Origin: Gnetum montanum
Lineage: Eukaryota > Plantae > Gnetophyta
NCBI GenBank assembly: GCA_015680685.1
Contig: MNCI01002242.1
Location: 443,478-507,477 of the forward strand
Direction: 5' to 3'
Length of the DNA: 64,000 bases
Shown: one piece after another, positions 1 to 12,612 of the stretch
Layout of the letters: each line of letters begins with the position of its first letter
Position numbering within the stretch: position 1 is the first letter of the stretch
Notes under the pieces: generated by a model
Databases searched by the model: none
Seen by the model: only the letters and a program-made list of their open reading frames with translations
What the model was told of the DNA's origin: nothing
Made by a program: the position numbers and the translations under genes

Positions 1-490
1 ATATTGAAATTTTTGAAATTTTTTCAAGATCTTATTTTTGAACATCATGGTGACTAATAGTAATTGATCAAAATAAAGTAAACAACTTGATGATTGTAGT
101 TACCTCATAGTCTTGGGCATAGTACACTGTCATCACCTTGTGCTTAAACACAAAATAAGGGATCTAAAAAGGGTTAATTATTTAGGAGAATTTACAAAAA
201 CTAATTTTGATCCTTTGGTGACTGCAAGTGATGCTACGATTTTTGGGTTTGTTTCTTGGTTATAACATGTCTAATGGGGTGCNTGGGGTGGGGTGGGCCG
301 TCGCCGTTTCCTCGTCCTCTTGCCTCCCCCCACGCTGTCAATGGTTGCCCCCCTGTTTCCTTTTTTGTCCTGGTGCTCCCCCTGGGTTGGGGGAGCACCC
401 CCCTCTTCCTTTTTTTTGGGGTGGGTTGGGGGAGCACCCCCCTGCATGTTGAAAGCTTTGTAATTCCATCCCATGAAACCCCAAGGTANG

Positions 491-890
491 TGAAGTCTTG
501 AAAACCATTGGAAATCAAGTTACATCTAGGAATTTCATTACACCAATAGACTCGGGCACAAATGTGCAAATAATCATTTTTGTAAGGGGGTCTTGCTTTT
601 AGGTGGTCTCACAATCCTTCTTTTCTTGCCTTTACAAAGCTTCAATGTTAGCAGGGATATCAAAATCATTTTCTACATATTTCCACACCTCCTTGATTTG
701 CAATAATGACTTTATAAGATGACTTCAAAATGTGAAGTCTTGAAAACCATTGAAATTCAAGCTACAGCTAGGAATTTTGTTACACCAATAGACTCATGCA
801 CAAATGTGCAAATAATCATTTTTGCAAGTGAGTCTTGCTTTTAGGTGGTTTCACAATCCTTCTTTTCTTGTCTTGACAAAGCATCAATGT
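491..890 (-). repeat. 242-bp tandem repeat derived from copia gag 5' end, left block
   Basis: Unit starts (tgaagtcttgaaaacc) at 491 and 733. The minus strand encodes FNGFQDFTFWSHLIKSLLQINEVWKYVENDFDVP-like gag N-terminus. The block is cut at ~890 by a LINE. Confidence 0.85.
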
Positions 891-3800
891 TTTTTTCTTT
901 AGCAAATTTTTAGGAATATATTAAAAAATAAAGAGGACAAAATTTACAACCCAAGGACTAACCTTGCCTAGCAAGCCAAAACACAAAAAGTGGGGGGAGA
1001 ACCCTTCCCCCCCAAAACACAAAAGTGGCTGGAGCACCACACTCCCCCCCACAACACAGGGTTAAAGCAAGAAACCCCCACATGCCATCTAGCTAACAAA
1101 CATTAAACTTGAAACGTCAATTGATGTCCCCTTGAGTTGACACCCTTTGGTGTCCCTAGGCCCGACAATGAACGGATTCCCCATTCACTAGGAACCAAAA
1201 TAGATGAAATAGACAAACAAAATCCCCCCATCCAGGGGGCTGGGTCCATGACCCAGATAGTCCTAGGGTACATCACTCATCCCCCAACCTATGGGGATGA
1301 TGAGGAAGGTGAGCGCAATTGCAATGTGGCTGGATCTGGGAGTGTAGCATGCCCAGTTGTGCACGAAGTTCCTGCAAGTCAACAAAAGTAGCTGCCTATT
1401 GAAAATTCTTAAAAGCCCCAACCTTCCTTGCCTGTTCTTCTTTAGAGCCTTTTCCATTAGGGTGCAACCTTATGGAAGCAAGCCTAATATGTTGTCTTAG
1501 GCTTAGCTAGTTGGCGTTTCAGTTGATATGTAGCTGCATGTAGGGACAATTCCCCTTCCTAAGCCACATAATGGAATTTTGTTCATGTGCTTGCTTCAAC
1601 TATGTTTGTTGTGCCTCTTCCTCCTGACGCTCTTGCTCCTTTTGTGCCTCTGCTGCCCTCTTGGTCTCTTGTCTTTGTGCTACCTCCTGCTCTAGTTCTT
1701 CCTTCAACTCACACTTGAGTTGCTCCTCCAACTCTGCTGTTGCCGTCACTTGCACCCTTCCTTGCCAACACTGCTCTTCCTGGTGACGTGCTCGGAGCTT
1801 GGCCATTTCCTGCTAGAAGGCCGCCTCCCGAGCCTCCCATTTGGCCTCCCACATTTGACGCTTATCTGATCCGGCTTTCGCAACGGCCTCCTCTTTCTCC
1901 ACCTTGGCCTGTTCTCTTGCAATCATCAAGTCCTCATGCAACTATGCATCTTGCAGTGCATCACTAGCTTGCCTAAGCTGCTTGGTTGCCATAAGGGCCA
2001 GGACAATACAACCTTCAAGGACCTTTGTTTGCTGGACACCAGGCTGCTATTGACGTCTCCTGTAAACTGTGCGGTAGGTCATCATGTTTGTTGGTTCCAT
2101 GTCCCACATTTCGGGTGCTGGGTGAGGCACATGCCATAAGGGCAAGATAAGCCCTGAGTGTCTCCTAGGCCTTCTTTGTCGCAATGACGCGAGAAAGAAC
2201 TCAAGAATATTCATAGGTTGCCTCATTTTGAGGCACTTCAAGAGCAAAAAATGGACTCCTTGGAGTTTCTAGACATTACTTGTTTGCGCGAAGAACCTTT
2301 CAACAAGCTCAACCACTAGTTGCCATAATGGTGGCAAAGCAAATTTAGGAATTTGTCCACTAACCATCCTAGGGCATGGCCCCGGAAAGAAATGTTGGGC
2401 TTCCTGAAGCCTACACATCATTGGGTCCACACTCTGATTGGTCAATGCACCTCCAAAACCCTAGTCAACGCTTCCTCAAACAATTCAATGGTAGTGCCCC
2501 CCCTTCCAAAAAAAAAAGAAAAATAACTGTGAAATGGCTTTGCAAGTTAGTGAAGAATTCACCATTTGGCAAGTGAGGATCCCCTAGTAGATGCGACAAA
2601 AACCTCACTTATCCAACTCGTTGTACCAAGTCCCACAGCTCTGTGTTTTCTTGAAAATGGCAGCAAAATGGCTCAAATGTAGGGGTCATACCCATTGTAG
2701 TAATAGCTTCTCTCAATAGTCTAGCACCTTCGGCAGCCACCTGTGCTGGCAATGGAAGCTGCACATGTCTGAAAACCATCCGGTTATGTGGCTTCCACAA
2801 GCATTAGAGGATAGTTGTCATTGTTGAGTCTCTGCTTAAAATAATTGGTGATTTAATATTGGCACTATGCCATATTGTAGTACTGAATGCACATTCAAAT
2901 GCCAAGTGTTGCCAACTTTTCGAAGCTTGCCCGCATGTTGGACAAGTGTCCTCAATTTGCAAACCACATCACCTTAACTTTGCCTTGACTAGGATTGCAG
3001 CGTGATTAATGAGCCACAAGAAAGCTTTTATTTTTTTAGGTAAGCATCCCATCCACACCCATTGGCACCCAAGATTCGTAGGGAATTGCCTCGAAATGAT
3101 GTCTTTTGGTTGAACGTTAAGCCACTCTCGTTGCATCATGTGGTGGACATGGTGACAAATTGAATGCTAGAGCCTCAAATCTTGTGGGTTGGTAGTCCAT
3201 TGATTATATTTCTAACCTACAATCCATATCCATGGAACCATACGTGTGTTAGGTTGTGTTACATGATGGACTAGTTGTTGTTGTCCTGTCGTCACCAGGT
3301 CTGCAAATTTTGAAATCTCTAGACCTCTTGCCACCCTCAGGCACGTGATTGAATTCCACCCCACGAGGTGGATATGCCTCCCCCCTTCCCCCCCAACCAA
3401 ATGAAGCTTCAAATCATTTGATCCACTTTGTTGTCGAGCTCAAGCGCTTAGGGGGGGTGTGGTAGCAATGGATGTCGTAGATCTGGCGACATTAGGCAAC
3501 ACTGATGTAGCCAATAGGATCCACCCTTTTCGTGTTAAAAAATGTATGGTCCAATGCCCTATTTGTTGTTGGATACATTTGAGAACATGGATCTAGGTTT
3601 TTTTTGGCCCCATTCAAACATGGGAAACCCCAAATACTAGTCCTCATCAACACCAAGCAGCATCCCCGGAGTTTGCATGATACGAGCCTGAACCCTAGAA
3701 TTAGTATGCACTGTGTAAACTGTTGATTTAGCCCTAGTCACCTTGATCCCAATCTCCCTTGCCATTTACAATAGTGCCCAATCCAAGGCTCTCACCTGTG

Positions 3801-6060
3801 GCACTGATGCCAAAGTAAAAAGCATTATATCATTAGCGTAGTGCTCTGCTAGACAGTCCACCCCATTGATTTGTAGGCCCCTAACCCCTTCAACACGACA
3901 ATAATCCTGCATTGTGTCTATCACCACAATGAACAGGTACGACGATAATCGATCACCCTGCCTAAGGCCTTGCCTTGGCAAAGAGAACCCCCAAAGCACC
4001 TTGCCAAGATCAATGGAGTAAGCAGATGAAGATTGAATTTGCAGGCATAGGTCAACAAATCCATGACTAAACACTTTCCTGATCATGATAGCCCTTAATG
4101 CCTCCTAAGAAACACAGTCATAAGCCTTCATTATGTTAAAGCCTAGGGAAGCACTCAACCTGCAATGAGTGAAGTATCTCCTACAACAATACGACTTGAT
4201 CATGAAGTAGCCTTTCTGGAACAAACCTAGCTTGATTATGGTGGACTAATTGTGGCATCAAGGGCCCTAGTCTTTGGACCAGAAGTTTAGTGAATAGTTT
4301 GAGGAGGGTGTTATAGACCCCAATGGATTTGTAGTGGGAAGCCTCCGAAGGTCCTTCAATCTTAGGGATTAGGACAATGTAGGAGCAATTCATTTCCCTA
4401 TGGACTTGATGCCATTTAAGCATGCTATTGAAGGCATCCAAAAGATTCCTGCCCAAGATATTTACAAATTCCCGGAAGAATTTCACTAGCCACCCATCAG
4501 GTCTTGGTGTTTGGCTAGGCTTCATGGCACCCAAAGCATGGTCCAGCTCTTCCCAAGTAAATGGAGATAACAAACATTGGTTGTCCTCCATCGTGACAGT
4601 TGGCTGAATTTGGATTGACAAAGGAAGTGTCTCCCTCCACTTCTAGATGTTCCCCCAGTAGGATTGGAACTCTTGCACAATGTCCTTGGGGCATTCCAGG
4701 ATTTGTCCTTGTCTAACTAAACTTGGCACTGCTTTTGCCAGGTTATGAGCTTGAGCAGCTGCAAAGAAAACCCTAGTAGGTCAATCCCCATCTTTCATCC
4801 ACTTGTTGCATGACCGCTGGCGCAAATACTCCATTTCTTCTTGGTCAAGTTGTTGTAGCTCCAACAACACATCTTGTTCCTCTTGAATTAATGACTCTCC
4901 GAGTTCTTGTCTTTCCTGGATCTTGATCAGCTTTTGTTGTAACATCCCCTAATGGGATCTAAAGGTATAGTTCTCCTCTTTGCTTTGCGAGCGGATCTCT
5001 CTTTTTTGGGTGTGAATGCCATTAGTGAGGAACTCATGCGGATCCTGATCTGCTGAATATCTCTCCCAAATAGCCTCAACCAGTGGTCAAAGCCAAGGCT
5101 TCATGAGTCACGTTCTTTCAAAACAGAAAGGAGAAACCTTTGGATGCAACATCATTCCAAATTGGTAGATCAGTGACACGTGATTAGAGGTTCTTCGTTC
5201 AATGTCAGTGACTCTCACGTTCTGCAACAGGATGGCCACACCAATCCACACCCAATCAATCTTTGACATAACCCTAGTGGAACCTTCTGTTTGTTGCTCC
5301 ATGTAAAGTTACAATTATCAATACCCATGTTTACCATGGCATGTCAATGCAGGAATTACAGAAAATGGTCAGCTCTGGTTGGTGGGGTGCAATGTTGTCC
5401 AGTCTTTTCCCAAGCATGCAATCGTTGGTTAAAATCCCCAACAATAATCTAGTGCTTTGTGTTGGAAACCAGGCTAGCAAGTCTGTTGAGCTCTTCTAGT
5501 CGCCACTCTCAAACTTGCTCCCCATAGAAGTTAGAGATCCAAACCCCAAGTGAGGAAAGGTAAACCATAATGCTTTAGGTGAAAGCATCCACCAGGCTGA
5601 AGGGGATCTTAGATAACATGGCCGGACCATTTGCCCTACGTCTATAGGCAACTTGATGCAATTGCCAACTGTCCCAATGTAAACAATCAAATTCTTGGCT
5701 CTGTAGCTTCATCTCTTGAAGACACACAACGTCATAGTTATCTCTATGCACAAACTCTTTCTGGACACATCATTTGTAGGGGGTGCGTTGTCCCTTGCCA
5801 TTCCATGAGAAAATCTTCATTGTCTATTGGTAGTGCGTTTGTGGTAGACTTCTTTCAAAGTCGTCTGGATTCCCAAATCAAACTCTAGTTGGGTCTGATG
5901 ACTTTGCATAGGCGAAGTAGATGGTCACCCCACTTTTGTTTGGTCCATTGAAACTTGAAAACCATCGCTATTGCTAGGACTAGGCTCTATGCCACCTTGA
6001 CCAGCATCACAAACAATGTTAACCCAGCTACTTGGCGGGGCCTTCTCCTTCCCTTGCGAC
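891..6060 (-). mobile_element. L1-clade LINE copy 1, 5'-truncated and decayed: end of ORF1, then ORF2 (APE-RT-zfRVT plus C-terminal extension with J-domain)
   Basis: Degenerate poly(A) at ~891-900. ORF2 ATG at 5820 (MKIFSWNGKG). RT motifs GLRQGDRLSSYLF and HYANDIMLF (3766-4621). zf-RVT CPTC...FEC at ~2890-2950. Coiled coil 1600-1900, J-like 1380-1550. Confidence 0.93.
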
Positions 6061-6682
6061 AGGGACATCAAAATCATTTTCTACATATTTCCACACCTCA
6101 TTGATTTGTAACAATGACTTTATAAGACGACTTCAAAATGTTAAGTCTTGAAAACCATTGAAAGTCAAGCTACATCTTGGAATTTTGTTACATCAATAGG
6201 GTTGGGCACAAATGTGCAAATAATCATTTTAGCATGGGAGTCTTGCTTTTAGGTGGTCTCACAATCCTTCTTTTCTTGTCTTGACAAAGCTTCAATGTTA
6301 GCGGGGACATCAAAATCATTTTCTACATATTTCCACACCTCATTGATTTGCAATAATGACTTAATAAGATGACTCCAAAATGTGAAGTCTTGAAAACCAT
6401 TGAAAGTCAAGCTACATCTAGGAATTTTGTTACACCAATAGACTCGGGCACAAATGTGCAAATAATCATTTTTGCAAGTGAGTCTTGCTTTTAGGTGGTC
6501 TCACAATCCTTCTTTTCTTGTCTTGACAAAGCTTCAATGTTAGCGGGGACATCAAAATCATTTTCTACATATTTCCACACTTCATTGATTTGCAATAATG
6601 ACTTTATAAGATGACTCCAAAATGTGAAGTCTTGAAAACCATGGAAAGTCAAGCTACATCTAGGAATTTCCTTGCCTGTCAT
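6061..6682 (-). repeat. 242-bp gag-derived tandem repeat, right block, including the original gag start
   Basis: Resumes in register with the left block. Unit starts at ~6141, 6383 and 6625. The outermost unit carries ATG (MTGKEIPRCSLTF...). Confidence 0.85.
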
Positions 6683-7512
6683 TATGAAGAAATGCTAGAA
6701 ACGCACAGAATGAAGAACTTTGGTCCCGCAAAATCAAAGAACAACATTTCTATAAACTTCCAGAATAATTTATATTACTCAGATTGCATCAACACACTTA
6801 GAATCAACATAGTTCATTAAACTTGCTTCAAAACTTTAAAAAGTGATAAAACTCAGATTAGATTATTTGAGAGCCTAAATTGTGAAAAGAGCAAGTGAGG
6901 GAATGTGAAATTGATTGCAAGAATGCAGATCAACTTGTGAGAATGAGAACTTGTACAATAATGAGAGCCAAATGTGAGATTAAGAACTATGAATGAGAGA
7001 ATGTGAGCAGCATGAGAGAATTCAGAGCTTGTGAAGGATTTAGTTAGAGCAAATCATTGAGAGAATGAGAGAAATGAAGAGCAAAATGCTCTTGAGGACT
7101 TCGGCACAATGAAGATATCAAAACACACAGAAAATTGCCTCTCCTGAATTCAAGCAGTAAAGGAGCACATATTTATACAATGTGAGGAAGTGGGTAATGA
7201 AGAGGCCACTACTTCACTCACTAATGTGGCTCATCAATGAGCACACCAGCTTCTTCCATCCTTAATGCCCATAAACCAACAAAGAGTATCTTCTTCGTAT
7301 GAAGGACATCATATCAAAGAAATAAATAGACTTAACAATCCACTACTTTGTGCACATTATTCTCTAAAGTTTATTTTTTATGCAGATGACTTTCACGCTT
7401 CCTAACCATCTAGACTACATGACAAACATGGCACACAATCTTCAAACAGAAGCTCTAACCAAACAACCAAATTAAGACATGGAAGACATAGCACCTTACA
7501 CAATTTCTAACA
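6683..7512 (-). mobile_element. Probable 5' LTR/leader of the copia element that gave rise to the tandem repeat
   Basis: Minus strand begins TGTTAGAAATTG at 7512, has a TATAAATA box at ~7170 and a CT-rich leader, and lies directly upstream of the gag ATG. Confidence 0.55.
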
Positions 7513-8704
7513 ACTAACTTTTACGGCATTAAAAAGAAAGGATTAATGTTAAAATATAAGGTAGAGGAATTTGGCTTCACAAAACAATAGTTTTCAATTT
7601 AGAGACATTTAAGAATCTTAAAAATAGTGCAAGAGATGTGCTACTTTTCAATACCCTTAAATTTTGTTTTTCCAAGGTTAATGCCTTGCATATAGGATTC
7701 ATGCTTTGCTTAATCTGCTGAGTCTACAAGGAAATCTGCTCAGTTCACTTTGGTACCAATTTTGTGAACTACCAGCTTGCCTGCTTCTAAAAGCATTACC
7801 ATAGAGTGGTACTTCTCAAATCCTTTGTTCTTTTACGATAAGCTGCGTTCTTAGTTAGATGAGTTGCACTTTGGCTGTCAATTTGAACAGTATATTTGTC
7901 TTCTGTGAGACTAAAAAATCTTAAGAATGCATGTTGTTGGAAGTTATTGCTTATAATCATTTGCATTGCTACCAAAGTTACAAGAGAAAAATTTCTGATT
8001 TCCAAGAAAGTAGTAATTTAATGTTCCATAACAATTCCCAATGTAAAATCAGAATTTTCATTGATGTGAAAATCATGAACACTTCTAAATCATTTTGGAA
8101 TGATGGAAGAAGAGTTGTACCATATTTGAAGACTTCATTAAAAGTTGTGAAAGGGCTAATGAAGAGTTTCAACGTTAGCACGACTTCTCCACACTACTTA
8201 GTGCTGGAATTTTGCAACTACCAAGATAATTTCTCCTCTTTCTGTTTCTGACACATTGAATAGCTAGGGTGTAATTTTCATACTACGAGAGTAGTTATTC
8301 ATTGTTTAACACATCTCAAATGTAGGAGCATGATATATACTATGTTTTTGTAGGGTACCAACATATGACACTGAAGGTATAATATCCAGTAAAGTGCATG
8401 AGCACGAACGATAAAGACTTACCTTATTTTAGATTTCCTGGTATATTTGCAGCTATCATAATTATTGCTTGTATGTGTGATGGCAACCAAACCCCATTTT
8501 CTGAAACACAGGACACATGCTGAGTTCCTTTCATATACCACAGAATCTGTTTGACAGCTCCCCAGTATGGCCCCTCTTCGATTGTTTATCTACACGTAGA
8601 GAACTTCCATTGTATAAGCAATATCTGAGCAACTTAGGGTTGAGTTTGAAATGGTAAGTTTCTTGTTCCAACTAGTACACCTTGGCCCACACGTTGGGGC
8701 TCTT

Positions 8705-11700
8705 GTGATCAACGTGTGGCCAATACTCTAGATTTTGCATGTTTGCTTATGCGTTGGACTGGAAAACCCAACGTGTGAAAACAGAAGCAAGAAAACTGCA
8801 TGTATGAAGCTTGTTTCTCCCTTCCATCCCTCCTAAGTATCATATAGGCCAACGTGTGAGAAATTACCAAAAACTGCCTATATGACAGCATTGGAAATAG
8901 GAAAGTGGAGATTTTGGCAAACAAACAATGTATGAAACTCAGTTTCTTAAATATCTCTTAAACTCAACGTGTGGAAGGTTTTTCTTGGGTTTCAAAGGGT
9001 TTTTCTTGTCAACATGTGGTGCACTTTGGAGGATTTTCCACATCAAATTTCAGCATTGCGACTAGTTTCCCTCCCAATCTCCCGTGTGTGGTGCCTAGGA
9101 TTTACAGTGGTGTTCAAAAACCAAATTCCCAACATTTTCCTAGCAATCTTGGCTTCTATCCATCCCTACCCACAGCGCTGTGGTATCAGAGCAAGAAATT
9201 TCAGGCTTTTTCCTATGGCAGTGAAGGCAGAATTCACAGATCTTGGACACCATGTCAAAGAAGATCGGATCGAGAAGTCGGAATCTTGTTTTGGATGAGG
9301 CAGAGGAGGCTCTTTGCATTGTTTCTAGACTTTCAGATCCTTCTGCAGGTGAAGGATCTTCATCTAGGGCCACTAGGTACCAATTTCTCATCATTTTTTC
9401 CAATTTTAATCAAATTTGTGGAAACAATTTTCCACCTCTAGGCTTACCTAGGTTGAAATTTTTGATCTAGTTGTGTTGAATTGTAGATCTAGGCCTGTCG
9501 ATTGTATTGGGATCGAAGTTTGGGTTTTCTGGATATCGTTTGAGGGAGATTTGGGTTTTTTCCCAAACCTATACACCATTTTTGCTCAATCTTTGCCTAT
9601 TTTGGTCAAATCTTGACATTTTTTTTAGCCTGCATACGATGAAATTTTTCAGTTCTGATTGTGTGGGATTGTTGTTTGGGGGTTTTCAGCTAATTTGGAG
9701 GTGGAATCATATTTTTTAGATTTTTTGTTAGTTTTTATGGGTTTTTTCCCAACCTAGTGTTCACTGTTCTGGCCTGTTTTGTCAAAATTTTACAGTTTTT
9801 CAGTGGAAAAATTGGCAGCATTCTCAAATTTTTGATCACATGTGGTCAGCGTTTTGGATCTTTGGAGATGGTAGATGCAATATAGTAGGGTTTTATGCAA
9901 AGTTTGGAAATTTTAAAATTTGTTATGAATCCCAAAGTGTTTACCACAGTTTGATTCACTGCAACCTGGGGTTTTCGGTCAAAATTTCAGCTGAGAACTG
10001 GCACAATTGTCGATTTTTCTACACTTGGATTGTAGCTTTGGTGGTCAATTTTGGTTGTTTGGTCTGTGTTCTTTGCATCTGTAATGGAAAACAATTTTTT
10101 ATAATTTTTTTTCAAAGTTTTTCAAAGCCCCAGGATCTGTATTGTTCAATGTGAAGTTTGGTTGTAGAGTTTTTGGTTTTCATTGCTAGAATTGACAGCG
10201 TTGGTCCCGTAGGCTTGGACATTCATGAAATTTTTCTATCTTGTGGCCAGCGTATGGTACTCTTTGAGTTTGATAGGGCAACATATAAAGGCTATTGGGG
10301 CTTTTTTGTGGGAAGGTCTGGCAGTGTGTAGGTTCCAAGAGCCAAGAAAACTTGTGTTTCATTTTTCTACCAATATTCCCAACGTATGAGCCTTGTTTGG
10401 ACTGTTTGATCACTAATTTCTGAAAAAATTCTTTAATCAAGTCCTAGTGCAGCCAATCTTGACTTCTAGTTTTGTTAAAGCTTGGTTTCATGTCAACGAT
10501 TTGTGAAAATGCTTATTCTAAGGTCTCACAGGCTAATTGTTTGTGAAAATGTCAAATTGGTTTTTTGCTATGTTATGTGCCCATCAATATGTAAGATTTG
10601 GTTTTTGGCTATGTTGATTGAAGTGTAAAGGCTGGATTTTGGTTTGCATTGTGAAGGTAGTTACATTAGTAAATTTGGTCATTTTTCATGTTTTGTATTC
10701 AATGGCAACGTTGTCATCCTAGAGGTTATTTTGGTTTGAATTTTGTTATAAATGTTTTTATGATTTTCAATGTTCTAATGGTTGTGTGTCTTGGCTATGC
10801 ATAGGGCCTTGTTAAAACCTATTTTGGTTGTGGTGGAGCTTGTGGGCATTCTATGTTGCATTGGGATGGCCTCCCAAAATAGTTTGAACCCCGATATAAG
10901 TAGAGACAAATGCACCTAAGTGTGGTTTAGACTTGGTGCCAGAGAGTTCTTAGTGTACTTACTTCAACACTATGGTGTAATCATGTGGTCACACTAGGCT
11001 GTGGATGTTGCAGCTATGATCATAGAGACTCTCATGGTAGGATCCTCCAACCAAATCATGAGGTTCATTGTTGATGATCCTAACACCCAAAGAGAGAGAG
11101 AGAGTGGAATGATGGCTCATATTCTATGGGAGTGCAAACATTGTCGCAAGTCCGAGAGATGCCAGAGTACTTGCAATACAACGTCAATAACACTTTGATG
11201 CTAGGTCATAGGATAAATAGTATATTCCAAAATCCTCCAGGGACTTTCTACCTCTTAGAAGTGCAAGCCCTATCTTAAGTTGACATTTTTGTTTATTTTT
11301 AGCTTTATGGTGGTTTGGTTTTAATTGCTCTCGTGCTTTGTTTTTTGTAGGTATAAGGTAAATCATGGAGTATTGGTGAAAAATGATCAAGCTTTATCTG
11401 TAACCCATATAGCTTTGGAGAGGTTTATGCAAGGTGAGGTTGTAAGATTGCAAGTGCTCAACCAACTCGGTGAAGACTTTGGTAGGTATCCTACGTGGTA
11501 TTCACTTATGTTCCAAATGTGATGTTCCAAATGTGTAGCTACCTATTGTGCACACGAATGGTGGGGCTGCCTAGATTTAGGAGCATGTGCACTAGTTCAA
11601 CCTAAGGTTCCAGTTGTGCATGAGTCTAGGGAGTGGAGTTTGTCTAAGCATGGCCATCATTTTTAGCATTTTTGTTTTTGTGTTGTTTGTTTTTTTTTGG

Positions 11701-12612
11701 TTTTTAAAGTTTTTTTAGTTGTTTTGAATTATTTGGTTTTTTATGGTTTTATAAGGCTAATAGGTCAACTATGTTATGCCACAGATTTTGTGCGTGAGTC
11801 TATAGTTGATGTGACCATTTTAGGTCATGCTGAGGAGAAGATTCAACTCAAGTGCGGCGAAGTAGACTTAACACAAGAGTGATTGGTAGAGAAAGCTCTT
11901 GTGGATGGCCTACAGAGGCTCACTAATGCAGGTTTATTGGACTTGTTCATGTTGCCTAGTCTATTGATGTCACTTGCTGAGATATTGAATGTGATTGACT
12001 CTTTCGATGAGGGGATCACCAAATTCATTATTTGTGTTTATGGTTATCTTGTTGTGTTGAGCATTAATGAGTCCATGTTCAATGATCTCTTTGGCATACC
12101 TTCTAATGGTGCCAAGGTTGTCACTAGAGTAGGGAAAGATACATGCCATTGGGAGGAAATGGAGGCTTGGCTTAACTCTTCTGCTGATGCGACATTATCT
12201 TCTAATAAGTGTGAGTTTGAGGAAGCCAATGAGACCTATCTTGTTTTTCATGCTAAGGCTTTTCCCCTGCTGCTATCATAGAAAAAAACCATATGGGTTT
12301 AGCATGCTTGGACAATGAAAAAGGTTTTAATGGATGGCACTATGTTCGATTGGTCTAACTTCTTGATCACTGGTCTAACGGATGAAATTTGCAAGCTTTG
12401 CAATAACCTTGATAATATTCATCATGTGTATTTGACATTCTTCTGTGCATATCTTAGGAGGTTTGCAAAGTTCTTGGTGATCAAAAGAGATGGAAGGTGG
12501 GTTGCACATGATGCTTTCCAACTCTCTAGGCTTTGGGCTAAACATATTACTTAGGTGATGCATCACCAAAATCCATTAGTGGAGGAGATAGGAGATAGGA
12601 GATTCGTATTAC
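8705..12612 (+). mobile_element. Ty3/gypsy (Tat/Ogre-like) element copy A: LTR/leader plus accessory ORF, 3'-truncated
   Basis: Reverse-complement homolog of 15390-15666 plus 20529-24090 (paired ORFs 9243 vs 23432, 11883 vs 20563, 12315 vs 15454). The TGGTATCAGAGC at 9181 is not conserved in copy B. Confidence 0.75.

Noticed and set aside
228-490. GC-rich ORFs at the window start
   Set aside because: Low-complexity G/C runs resembling the LINE 3' UTR, with Ns; not coding.
1380-1550. J-like segments as processed pseudogenes of a host DnaJ gene
   Set aside because: They always sit at the same position and orientation between LINE ORF2 and the LINE 3' UTR/poly(A) in diverged copies, so they are part of the element.
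8340-8660. Splice-like signals on both strands (gtaagt at ~8654; minus-strand cag...ag|gtaagt at ~8420-8500)
   Set aside because: No recognisable protein similarity and no partner exons; cannot be supported without transcripts.
9181-9192. TGGTATCAGAGC as the PBS of the gypsy element
   Set aside because: Not directly preceded by CA, degenerate in copy B, and tRNA-Met priming is atypical for Tat/Ogre. An alternative PBS-like site lies near 11560. The LTR boundary is left unresolved.
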